NCBI GenBank assembly: GCA_947589475.1
Contig: CANQBO010000007.1
Span: forward strand, 33,493-97,492
Source: an uncultured Clostridia bacterium
GTDB taxonomy: Bacteria > Bacillota > Clostridia > Christensenellales > CAG-917
DNA length: 64,000 nucleotides
Reading direction: 5' to 3'
The first letter of the stretch is position 1. Each line of letters opens with the position of its first letter. Below are positions 18,969-26,349 of this stretch, piece after piece. The notes below the pieces were generated by a model. It saw only the letters and a program-made list of their open reading frames with translations. It was not told the origin of the DNA and did no database searches. Both the position numbers and the translations under genes were made by a program.

Positions 18969-19799
18969 TCATTGTTTTTTCAGCGCGCTCTTCACCATTT
19001 CAAACACCGCGCCCTCATATCCCTTTTGCAAATTTCCCCAAGTTGGATGATAGCTCAAAATATAAGTGACGCCGTCCCGCTTTATCTCGCACAAATATCG
19101 TTTTGTGCCTATGTGCGCTTTGCTCTTGTCGCACGCTTTTAATGTATCGGGCGCAAGCGGCTCGTCCTTACGACTGTTATACTCTGCCGCGATATTGGGC
19201 AATTCCTCTTTGAGCGATATCTCATGCCAGCCGCAAAATAAGACGATGTTGGGTTTGAGAATTTCTATTTCCTCTTTGAGTATCTTTGTCTCCACACTGT
19301 GAAGGAGTGCCCTTTCCCTGTCGGACAAAGCGCACTTCGATTTTTTACGCAAACATATTTTGTCGATATCGTTCCATACGACGGCGCAATTTTCGAGTTT
19401 CGCAATGCTCCCAAACCTTCTCCAGAATGCGCTTTTTCTGCCTTCTTCCAAATGGTAGTCTTTGGTTGCCCAAGTGTTGTAACGCATAAGCTTTTCAATG
19501 CCTTTCACATTGACAGCGCTACTCTCAAACACCTTAATAGGCTCCGTGATGATCTTGTAAATCGAGGCGTTCTGCTTCCAACGCTCCGCGGATCCCGTTT
19601 CCCAACCGGACGCTTTGCCAAATCCCCACTCGCCCGCCGCCTCCTTCCCGACTATCATAATGCGGTTTGTTGCGCTCTTCCAATCATCGGGGACGCCGAG
19701 ATAGCAAGGATTTGAATACATATCGCCGCACAAGTCTTTACACTCGCTCGCGATCTGTCCCGTCCACCGCTTGTACATATTGAAAAGCCGCTCTTCCAT
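18969..19799 (-). CDS. Hypothetical protein (276 aa) inserted in the pur operon; weak resemblance to uracil-DNA-glycosylase-superfamily motifs
   Basis: Uninterrupted ORF in DNA that looks markedly less GC-rich than the flanking pur genes. RIMIVGKEAAGEWG and ILSYHPTWGN loosely recall UDG motif A (G-x-x-P-G) and motif B (H-P-S). The RBS is weak. Confidence 0.6.
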   Translation of the reverse strand: MEERLFNMYKRWTGQIASECKDLCGDMYSNPCYLGVPDDWKSATNRIMIVGKEAAGEWGFGKASGWETGSAERWKQNASIYKIITEPIKVFESSAVNVKGIEKLMRYNTWATKDYHLEEGRKSAFWRRFGSIAKLENCAVVWNDIDKICLRKKSKCALSDRERALLHSVETKILKEEIEILKPNIVLFCGWHEISLKEELPNIAAEYNSRKDEPLAPDTLKACDKSKAHIGTKRYLCEIKRDGVTYILSYHPTWGNLQKGYEGAVFEMVKSALKKQ

Positions 19800-19868
19800 A
19801 TCCCGATTTCAATATTTATTTCCCAAAATTCAACGTATCTGCGCTTCAGACAGCGACCTGAGCTTTCC

Positions 19869-20903
19869 TCACTTGAGCGTTACGCCGCTCCCCTCGGTCA
19901 TAGTGCCGAGTTTGTAGGCGTCTATGTCGTTCGCTCTCAAAATATCTATCGCCTTGTCCGCGTCCTCGCTATGAACTATAGCGGTCATGCCCACGCCCAT
20001 ATTGAAGGTGTTGAACATGTCGTGCTCACTTATATTCCCGCGTTTTTGGATGAGGTCGAATATGGGGAGAACTTTTACATCATTTCGAGCGATCTCCACG
20101 CCCAACCCTTCGGGGAAGGAGCGCGGCATATTCTCGAAGAAGCCGCCTCCCGTGATGTGCGCAACGCCGAGCACTTCCACCTGCTTCAAAAGCGCGAGCA
20201 TGGGTTTGACATATATGACGGTGGGTGCGAGCAACGCCTCGCCGAGGGACTTGCCGCCAAGCTCCGCGACGGGAGCGTTCAGGTCCGCATTTTCGATGTC
20301 GAAAACCTTTCTCACAAGCGAAAAGCCGTTGGAATGTACTCCGCTGGACGGAAGCGCGATCATGACGTCCCCCGCCCTCATCTTTTTGTTGTCTATTATC
20401 TTGTCGCGGTCCACGACTCCCACGGTGAAGCCCGCGATGTCGTAATCGTCCTCGGGCATAGTGCCTGGGTGCTCCGCGGTCTCGCCGCCTATAAGCTGGC
20501 AGCCCGCCTGTACGCAGCCTTCCGCCACTCCGCTCACTATGGTCGCGATCTTTTCGGGAATATTTTTTCCGCACGCGATATAATCGAGGAAAAACAGCGG
20601 TTTTGCCCCGCAACACAGCACGTCGTTGACGCACATCGCGACGCAGTCTATGCCTATTGTGTCGTGCTTGTCGAGCAATTGAGCGACGCGCAACTTTGTG
20701 CCTACGCCGTCCGTCCCCGACACCAGCACGGGCTTTTTTATGTCCTCGAGGTCAAGCGGGAAAAGTCCTCCGAAGCCGCCTATGACGTCCCTGCCGTCGG
20801 GGAGGGTGCGCGCGATATGCTTTTTCATAAGCTCCACCGCTCTGTAGCCCGCCGTGATGTCCACGCCCGCATTCTTGTAACTTTCGGAATAGCTGTCCTT
20901 CAT
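19869..20903 (-). CDS. purM: Phosphoribosylformylglycinamidine cyclo-ligase (AIR synthetase)
   Basis: 344 aa, SGTDGVGTKL and GGETAEHPG motifs. Confidence 0.95.
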   Translation of the reverse strand: MKDSYSESYKNAGVDITAGYRAVELMKKHIARTLPDGRDVIGGFGGLFPLDLEDIKKPVLVSGTDGVGTKLRVAQLLDKHDTIGIDCVAMCVNDVLCCGAKPLFFLDYIACGKNIPEKIATIVSGVAEGCVQAGCQLIGGETAEHPGTMPEDDYDIAGFTVGVVDRDKIIDNKKMRAGDVMIALPSSGVHSNGFSLVRKVFDIENADLNAPVAELGGKSLGEALLAPTVIYVKPMLALLKQVEVLGVAHITGGGFFENMPRSFPEGLGVEIARNDVKVLPIFDLIQKRGNISEHDMFNTFNMGVGMTAIVHSEDADKAIDILRANDIDAYKLGTMTEGSGVTLK

Positions 20904-22360
20904 TGTTTCCTCTCCTTATTTTGGAATTTGGGATTTTCGCTTATGGGGCGCTCCCACCTTTCAAATCTGCTCTTGTCCGTGACGGTGGGAAGGTCGGTGG
21001 GATATTTTCCGTCAAAGCACGCCTTGCAAAATCCCGTACCCTCTCCCGTGAGCCACTCCACCTTGTTTACGTCCAAATATCCCAGCGAATCCGCGCCGAT
21101 TATCTTTGCAATTTCCTCAACGCTATGGTGACAGGCGATGAGGTTGTCGCGCGAGTCGATGTCCGTGCCATAGTAGCAAGGATTGAGGAATGCGGGAGCT
21201 GAGGAGAGCATATGCACCTCCGTCGCGCCCGCGTCGCGCAACAATTTGACTATGCGCTGACACGTCGTGCCGCGCACAATACTGTCGTCGACAAGCACCA
21301 CGCGCTTGCCCTTTATCGCGGACGTGAGCACGTTGAGTTTTATGCGCACCCTGTCCTCTCTCGCGGCTTGCCCGGGCGCTATGAACGTCCTGCCGATATA
21401 CTTGTTTTTGATGAAGCCTATTCCATATGGAATGCCCGACGTCTCCGCGTACCCGAACGCCGCGTCTATACCCGAATCGGGAACGCCTACGACTATATCC
21501 GCGTCTATCTTGTACTGTTCGGCAAGAAACTTGCCCGCCTGCCTCCTTGCCTCATGTACGGACTTGCCGTCTATGACGGAGTCGGGACGCGCAATGTACA
21601 AAAACTCGAACACACACAGCGTTTTTGGCGCTTTGCCGCAGTGCGATCTGTCGCTTGTCACGCCGTCCGCGCTTATCGTGAGCATCTCGCCCGGCTCCAC
21701 CTCGCGCACATAGGTCGCGCCTATTGCGTCCAGTGCGCAGGACTCGGAGGCAATGACATACGCGCCGTCGTCCCGCACTCCGAAACAGAGCGGTCTGAAA
21801 CCGTTTGGATCGCGCGCGGCAATGAGTTTTGAGGGCGACATCACGACGATGGAATACGCGCCCCGAAGTCTGTCCATCGCGGCGAGCACCGCTTCCTCAA
21901 TGGAATGACGACACACGCGCTCTTTCGTGATGATATAGGAGATGACCTCACTATCCGAAGTAGTGTGGAAAATGCTTCCGCCGTTTTCAAGCTCGGATCT
22001 AAGCTCGTACGCATTGACAAGGTTGCCGTTATGCGCAAGCGCGAGGTTGCCCTTAAGGTGATTGACGACTATGGGTTGAGCGTTCTCTCTGAGTCCCGTG
22101 CCCGTCGTGGAATAGCGCACGTGCCCTACCGCCATATTTCCCTCGCCCAGCCTTCGCATCGCATCGGGAGTGAAAACGTCGTTGACAAGTCCCACGTCCT
22201 TGTGCGTGCGGAAAACGCCGTCGTCGTTGACGACTATGCCCGCCGATTCCTGACCTCTGTGCTGAAGCGCAAACAGCGCGTAGTACGCGGTTGAAGCCAC
22301 ATCCTGTCTTGAATTTGCGAAAATGCCGAACACTCCGCACTCGTCATGTATGTGTGACAT
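20900..22360 (-). CDS. purF: Amidophosphoribosyltransferase
   Basis: Start MSHIHDECGVFGIF at 22360 (Ntn Cys after propeptide); PRPP-binding VVLVDDSIVRGTT. The stop overlaps the purM start (4 nt). Confidence 0.95.
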   Translation of the reverse strand: MSHIHDECGVFGIFANSRQDVASTAYYALFALQHRGQESAGIVVNDDGVFRTHKDVGLVNDVFTPDAMRRLGEGNMAVGHVRYSTTGTGLRENAQPIVVNHLKGNLALAHNGNLVNAYELRSELENGGSIFHTTSDSEVISYIITKERVCRHSIEEAVLAAMDRLRGAYSIVVMSPSKLIAARDPNGFRPLCFGVRDDGAYVIASESCALDAIGATYVREVEPGEMLTISADGVTSDRSHCGKAPKTLCVFEFLYIARPDSVIDGKSVHEARRQAGKFLAEQYKIDADIVVGVPDSGIDAAFGYAETSGIPYGIGFIKNKYIGRTFIAPGQAAREDRVRIKLNVLTSAIKGKRVVLVDDSIVRGTTCQRIVKLLRDAGATEVHMLSSAPAFLNPCYYGTDIDSRDNLIACHHSVEEIAKIIGADSLGYLDVNKVEWLTGEGTGFCKACFDGKYPTDLPTVTDKSRFERWERPISENPKFQNKERKQ

Positions 22361-22446
22361 AAAACTCTCCGCGCGGCATTTCAAAATGCCGTAAATCTCA
22401 ATAAAAGATGTTTATGTGCGCAAAACGCGCACATAAACTTTGGTTT

Positions 22447-23157
22447 TTATTTGTTTGTGATCCTGCCGAATATCTCGCGGTAGGCGTCCTCGACTCCGCC
22501 GAGGTCGCGCCTGAAGCGGTCCTTATCCAGCTTCTCGTTTGTCTTTGCGTCCCAGAAACGGCAGGTATCGGGGGAGATCTCGTCCGCGAGTACTATGGTC
22601 CCGTCCGATGTCTTGCCGAATTCGAGTTTGAAGTCGATGAGCTTCACGCCTATCGTCAAAAAGTACTCCTTGAGCACTTCGTTGACCTTGAATGCGTACG
22701 TCTTGATGAGTTCTATCTCTTCCTTTGTCGCAAGTTTGAGCGCGAGCGCGTGATAGCTGTTGATGAGCGGATCGCCGAGCGCGTCGTTTTTGTAGGAAAA
22801 CTCTATCGTCGGCTCGTCAAATACTATGCCCTCTTCCACGCCGTAGCGCTTTGCGAAAGATCCCGCAGATACGTTGCGGATGATGACCTCGAGAGGAACT
22901 ATGCTGACCTTTTTCACGAGGGTGTCGCGCTCGGACAGTTCCTCTACATAGTGCGTGGGAACGCCCTTCTTTTCAAGCAGTTGCATCATCATGTTGCTCA
23001 TGCGATTGTTGATGACGCCCTTGCCGACTATGGTGCCCTTCTTGAGACCGTTGAACGCGGTCGCGTCGTCCTTATAAGAGACGATGTAAAGATCCTTGTC
23101 AGAGGTCTTATAGACCTTTTTTGCCTTGCCCTCATAAACTTGTTCGAGCTTTTCCAT
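22447..23157 (-). CDS. purC: Phosphoribosylaminoimidazole-succinocarboxamide synthase
   Basis: Start [18 protein letters not shown] at 23157; SAICAR synthetase signatures. Confidence 0.95.
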   Translation of the reverse strand: MEKLEQVYEGKAKKVYKTSDKDLYIVSYKDDATAFNGLKKGTIVGKGVINNRMSNMMMQLLEKKGVPTHYVEELSERDTLVKKVSIVPLEVIIRNVSAGSFAKRYGVEEGIVFDEPTIEFSYKNDALGDPLINSYHALALKLATKEEIELIKTYAFKVNEVLKEYFLTIGVKLIDFKLEFGKTSDGTIVLADEISPDTCRFWDAKTNEKLDKDRFRRDLGGVEDAYREIFGRITNK

Positions 23158-23252
23158 ATTATTCTCCTTGAAAAGGTTATTTTTTATTGTGTTGACCACA
23201 AAGCGGAATGTTTTTGTTCTTGACAACAACACGTCGCTTGATGTTTTGCATG

Positions 23253-23747
23253 TCACTTGTTGTATTTTTCGGCTATTTTATTGTTTTTTTCAAGCACTTG
23301 CTTTGCGGCGACGTCCCTCGCTTCCTTAAGCTTCGCCGAGAGCGTAGCGTCGGACAAAGCGATTATTTCGGCGGCAAGATACGCCGCATTTTTTGCTCCG
23401 TCTATGGCGACCGTCGCGACGGGTATGCCCGATGGCATCTGCACCGTGGAAAGCAATGCGTCCATTCCGTCCAGCGTTGCGCTCTTGATGGGTATGCCTA
23501 TGACGGGGAGCGTGGTGTTTGCGGCAAGCGCGCCCGCAAGATGAGCCGCCATGCCCGCGGCGGCGATGATGACGCCAAAGCCGTCCCTCTCGGCATTCTC
23601 GGCAAAAGCCTTTGCCTCAAGCGGAGTGCGGTGCGCGGAATAGACGTGCACCTCATACGGAATATCAAACTCCTCCAGCACTTCGAATGCCTTGCTCACG
23701 ACGGGCAGATCGGAATCGCTGCCCATAACAATGCCGACTTTTTTCAT
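23253..23747 (-). CDS. purE: 5-(carboxyamino)imidazole ribonucleotide mutase / AIR carboxylase catalytic subunit
   Basis: 164 aa, [13 protein letters not shown]...[10 protein letters not shown]. Confidence 0.95.
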   Translation of the reverse strand: MKKVGIVMGSDSDLPVVSKAFEVLEEFDIPYEVHVYSAHRTPLEAKAFAENAERDGFGVIIAAAGMAAHLAGALAANTTLPVIGIPIKSATLDGMDALLSTVQMPSGIPVATVAIDGAKNAAYLAAEIIALSDATLSAKLKEARDVAAKQVLEKNNKIAEKYNK

Positions 23748-23880
23748 ATATACCTCTCAAATAATCAAGAAGGCAGGAATTTCCTGCGTGAAAATACCTG
23801 CCTTAAATTGCGCCTCTCAGACTATTGGATTTCTCCCCGCCCTGTCGGGCGAAGCACGTTCTCAAGCCTTTCATAGCCGT
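23748..23880 (-). promoter_or_regulatory. Structured ~130-nt pur operon leader: closed multi-stem element plus terminator-like hairpin; candidate riboswitch or attenuator of unassigned class
   Basis: GGCUAU (23878-23873) pairs with AUAGUC (23825-23820) and encloses the CGCCC-GACA-GGGCG hairpin. This is followed by a 14-bp stem AAGGCAGG-U-AUUUUC/GGAAAU-U-CCUGCCUU (plus-strand 23770-23804), then CUUGAUUAUUU and the RBS. Confidence 0.4.
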
Positions 23881-23910
23881 ATTATAGCGCAAATCGAAAA
23901 GCGCCGTCAA
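23881..23910 (-). promoter_or_regulatory. Putative sigma-A promoter of the pur operon (TTGACG, 18 nt spacer, TATAAT)
   Basis: Read on the minus strand; the -10 is at 23886-23881 and the -35 at 23910-23905. Confidence 0.55.
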
Positions 23911-23993
23911 GCGAAAGACCGCCCTTTTCGCCTCTTTTTAAAAAGTATACAAAATGTGTTTTTAAGCTATGATTTTTTTTCTTCTTCCCTTTT

Positions 23994-24968
23994 TTAGTCG
24001 CACTTTAAAATGTTGATGAGTCCCAATACGAACGAGTCCGAGCCAAGGTCAATGATGTTGAGGGAATATATGAAAACGGGTATGATGATAAGCACGCACA
24101 AAATGGGGTTAAGATACCAAAGCCCGACGCACAGCACGATGTCTATCGCAAAAATTATGAGCCCTACAAGGATGAGCGATACAACGTTGCGCGACGTGAT
24201 GACGTCCTTCGGCGTAAGCGGAACGTTCTTATCCCTGAAAATGATGTAAGCATTCATTAGCGAAATGATTGCCCACAGCGCGACCGCCGCAACGAGCACA
24301 AGTATGGCGAACCATTGTATAAACGCAAACAGTATGCCCGCTACAAAAACCACGATGGACTGCACAAACGGAACAAGAGTATGCGCAAGCAAAAAGTTTT
24401 TTATTCCACGTTTCGCCGTACGCCGACGCAAGACATATCGCGTAGCTGAGTTTGAAATCCACACACCCAGCGCGACGAGCGACACCGCGATACCCAGGTC
24501 TACGGACAGCTTGTTTGAAAAATTGGTCAGTATCGCGTTTATCTGCGCATCAAACCCTTCCGTAGACATACTGAGCGTATCGAAAAAGCCCTTGACTGTC
24601 TCGCTTATCCATTTTGTATCCAAAATTCGCGCGATGGTCTGTAAAAAGTTGCCATCCCAATTTATCTTGCCAAATGCGTAAGCGAGGAACTCCTCCACCG
24701 ACGCAGACGACTGCTCTATAGACGCGCCCACGGTCTCGATTATCCCCGACAGCGTATCCGACAAGTTCTGCAAAGTGGAGCCTGCAAACAACAAGATCGC
24801 AAACAGCATAAAAAGATACACCGTGCCCATCGTCACAAAAACGTATATCAAATTCGTGCCGAAATTCTTCAGCGTATTCTTGATCATTCCGAAATCGGGC
24901 GCTAAGTTTTTGTCGCTTCCGCTCTCTCCCCTCTTTGAAACGCTCTCTCGCTTTGACCCCTTTTGCAT
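23994..24968 (-). CDS. Hypothetical polytopic membrane protein (324 aa)
   Basis: Long ORF with at least 6 hydrophobic segments and a basic cytoplasmic N-terminus. I recognise no family. Confidence 0.6.
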   Translation of the reverse strand: MQKGSKRESVSKRGESGSDKNLAPDFGMIKNTLKNFGTNLIYVFVTMGTVYLFMLFAILLFAGSTLQNLSDTLSGIIETVGASIEQSSASVEEFLAYAFGKINWDGNFLQTIARILDTKWISETVKGFFDTLSMSTEGFDAQINAILTNFSNKLSVDLGIAVSLVALGVWISNSATRYVLRRRTAKRGIKNFLLAHTLVPFVQSIVVFVAGILFAFIQWFAILVLVAAVALWAIISLMNAYIIFRDKNVPLTPKDVITSRNVVSLILVGLIIFAIDIVLCVGLWYLNPILCVLIIIPVFIYSLNIIDLGSDSFVLGLINILKCD

Positions 24969-25193
24969 ACTGCCTCTAATTGATGTATTGAGATATTATT
25001 TTGATACCCTATATAAAATCGTTCCATACGACCCATTATTGTGTATCCAACGCTTTATATAAAGCACTTACGCTATTATATCACCGCCCGCCGCTTTTAG
25101 CAACATTAAGTTTCGCATATGACAGGTTCAATATCCTAATGGGCGATGCGGCTGACAAAAATTTCGCCGTCTAAACAAAAATGTTAAAATCGC

Positions 25194-25222
25194 TTGCAAC
25201 TTAAACAGCATTATGTTATATT
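25194..25222 (+). promoter_or_regulatory. Putative promoter of tRNA-Leu (TTGCAA, 17 nt spacer, TATATT)
   Basis: The -10 ends 8 nt before the mature tRNA 5' end. Confidence 0.5.
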
Positions 25223-25230
25223 TGTAGTGT

Positions 25231-25318
25231 GCCGGTGTGGTGAAATTGGCAGACGCGCTGGACTCAAAATCCTGTGGACTAATCATCCGTGACGGTTCGA
25301 GTCCGTCCACCGGCACCA
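25231..25318 (+). tRNA. tRNA-Leu (anticodon CAA), class II with long variable arm, CCA encoded
   Basis: Acceptor GCCGGTG/CACCGGC, anticodon loop CTCAAAA, T-arm GACGG-TTCGAGT-CCGTC, discriminator A plus CCA. There is one U-U mismatch in the anticodon stem (CTGGA/TCCTG). Confidence 0.9.
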
Positions 25319-25319
25319 A

Positions 25320-25352
25320 AAGAAGGGACAGTTTAAAGCTGTCCCTTCTTTT
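25320..25352 (+). terminator. Intrinsic terminator after tRNA-Leu
   Basis: 12-bp perfect stem AAGAAGGGACAG/CTGTCCCTTCTT with a 7-nt loop and a short T tail. Confidence 0.65.
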
Positions 25353-25595
25353 GCTGTCGGCGTCCGTCCTCTCACCGTCACTGCGAGTTGCTTTCGCAAC
25401 TCGCACGTGATCTGCACGCGTCGCTTCCGAGAGCAAGCTCTCCCGCTCCGCTGTTGAGCGAGTCCGTCCATATAGCGTGATGCGGTTATAAATGTTGATT
25501 TTGTCCGCTTTTGGCTTATAATATATTCGCCTATGCGTGCAAATATCCATTTCTAAATGTAAGTAATGTAGATAATATAGGAGAACGATAAATAA

Positions 25596-25995
25596 ATGGT
25601 TGCCGGCATTATAGTGTTGATAGTGGGTTTGATAGGTATCCCTATAATTATTTTGATAAAAAAAGGACACCTGGATCTTATATTCGGATATAATACCATG
25701 ACAAAAGAAAAAAGAGAAAATTGATAAGATAAAATTGAGGCAATACGTTTTAAGAATTTTAATCTCGGAAACATTGTTGCTTATTGAATCCGATATTGTT
25801 TTTATAATAAATCTAAAAAAATATATCGTAATTTGAGCAACCGTTGCTATTTTAGTGATACCTATAATAGGAGTTATAATGTATGCGAGTTCAGCAATGT
25901 TGAATATTAAGGCTATTGATCACATACACATAATTCTAACGATCGTAATTATATTAGTTAGTCCTATAACTTTGTTTACATTAACTTTTATTTAA
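25596..25995 (+). pseudogene. Decayed gene for a small multi-TM membrane protein (AGYNTM-KE motif family; I recall this as DUF3784, not verified)
   Basis: AGGAGA RBS, then ATG at 25596 gives MVAGIIVLIVGLIGIPIIILIKKGHLDLIFGYNTMTKEKREN followed by TGA TAA. Membrane-like sequence continues after the double stop (DKIEAIRFKNFNLGN..). After a +1 frame shift and another stop it reads ..ATVAILVIPIIGVIMY..ILTIVIILVSPITLFTLTFI*. Confidence 0.4.
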
Positions 25996-26186
25996 TGAGT
26001 TATTTTCGGATAACCAAAATGCTTACTCGTATACGGAAGATATTACAATTGAGATCCAACACAAAACAAAATATTCAGAATACTAAATTATACATATCTA
26101 CAAATAATATCATAACCCATATCAAAAATATATAAGGAAACAAGTCCGAACCAAATAAAAAACAGTCTCAATTTGTTTGCACATTG

Positions 26187-26231
26187 AAAACACTCTCCCG
26201 TACCTATGGTGGTGCGGGAGAGTGTTTTTTT
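26187..26231. terminator. Bidirectional intrinsic terminator (downstream of pnp on the minus strand)
   Basis: AAAACACTCTCCCG / CGGGAGAGTGTTTT 14-bp stem with a 14-nt loop, followed by a T7 run on the plus strand. Confidence 0.7.
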
Positions 26232-26349
26232 GTGATTTTAAGTTGTACCGCGGAAAGTTTATGCCGCGAGCGGATCATATTTTGCGAATATGTTTATCGC
26301 AAGCGTTTATATCCGCGAGCGCAAGGCGCGACGCGAAATATCGTATAAG

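Noticed and set aside
23748-23880. Calling the pur leader a guanine/adenine (purine) riboswitch
   Set aside because: I could not find the conserved J1/2, J2/3 and L2/L3 sequences of RF00167, nor the ZTP or ykkC signatures, by eye. It is left as an unassigned candidate pending a covariance-model scan.
25459-25470. 12-nt copy of the tRNA-Leu T-arm as a bona fide att site
   Set aside because: It is too short. No integrase is present. The GTCCGTCC core also belongs to a repeat motif seen at 44141, so it may be a repeat-family member rather than an attachment-site duplication. It is kept only as a note inside the tRNA-region finding.
25128-25670. 180-aa minus-strand ORF overlapping tRNA-Leu
   Set aside because: It runs antisense across the tRNA and its terminator, so coding is implausible.
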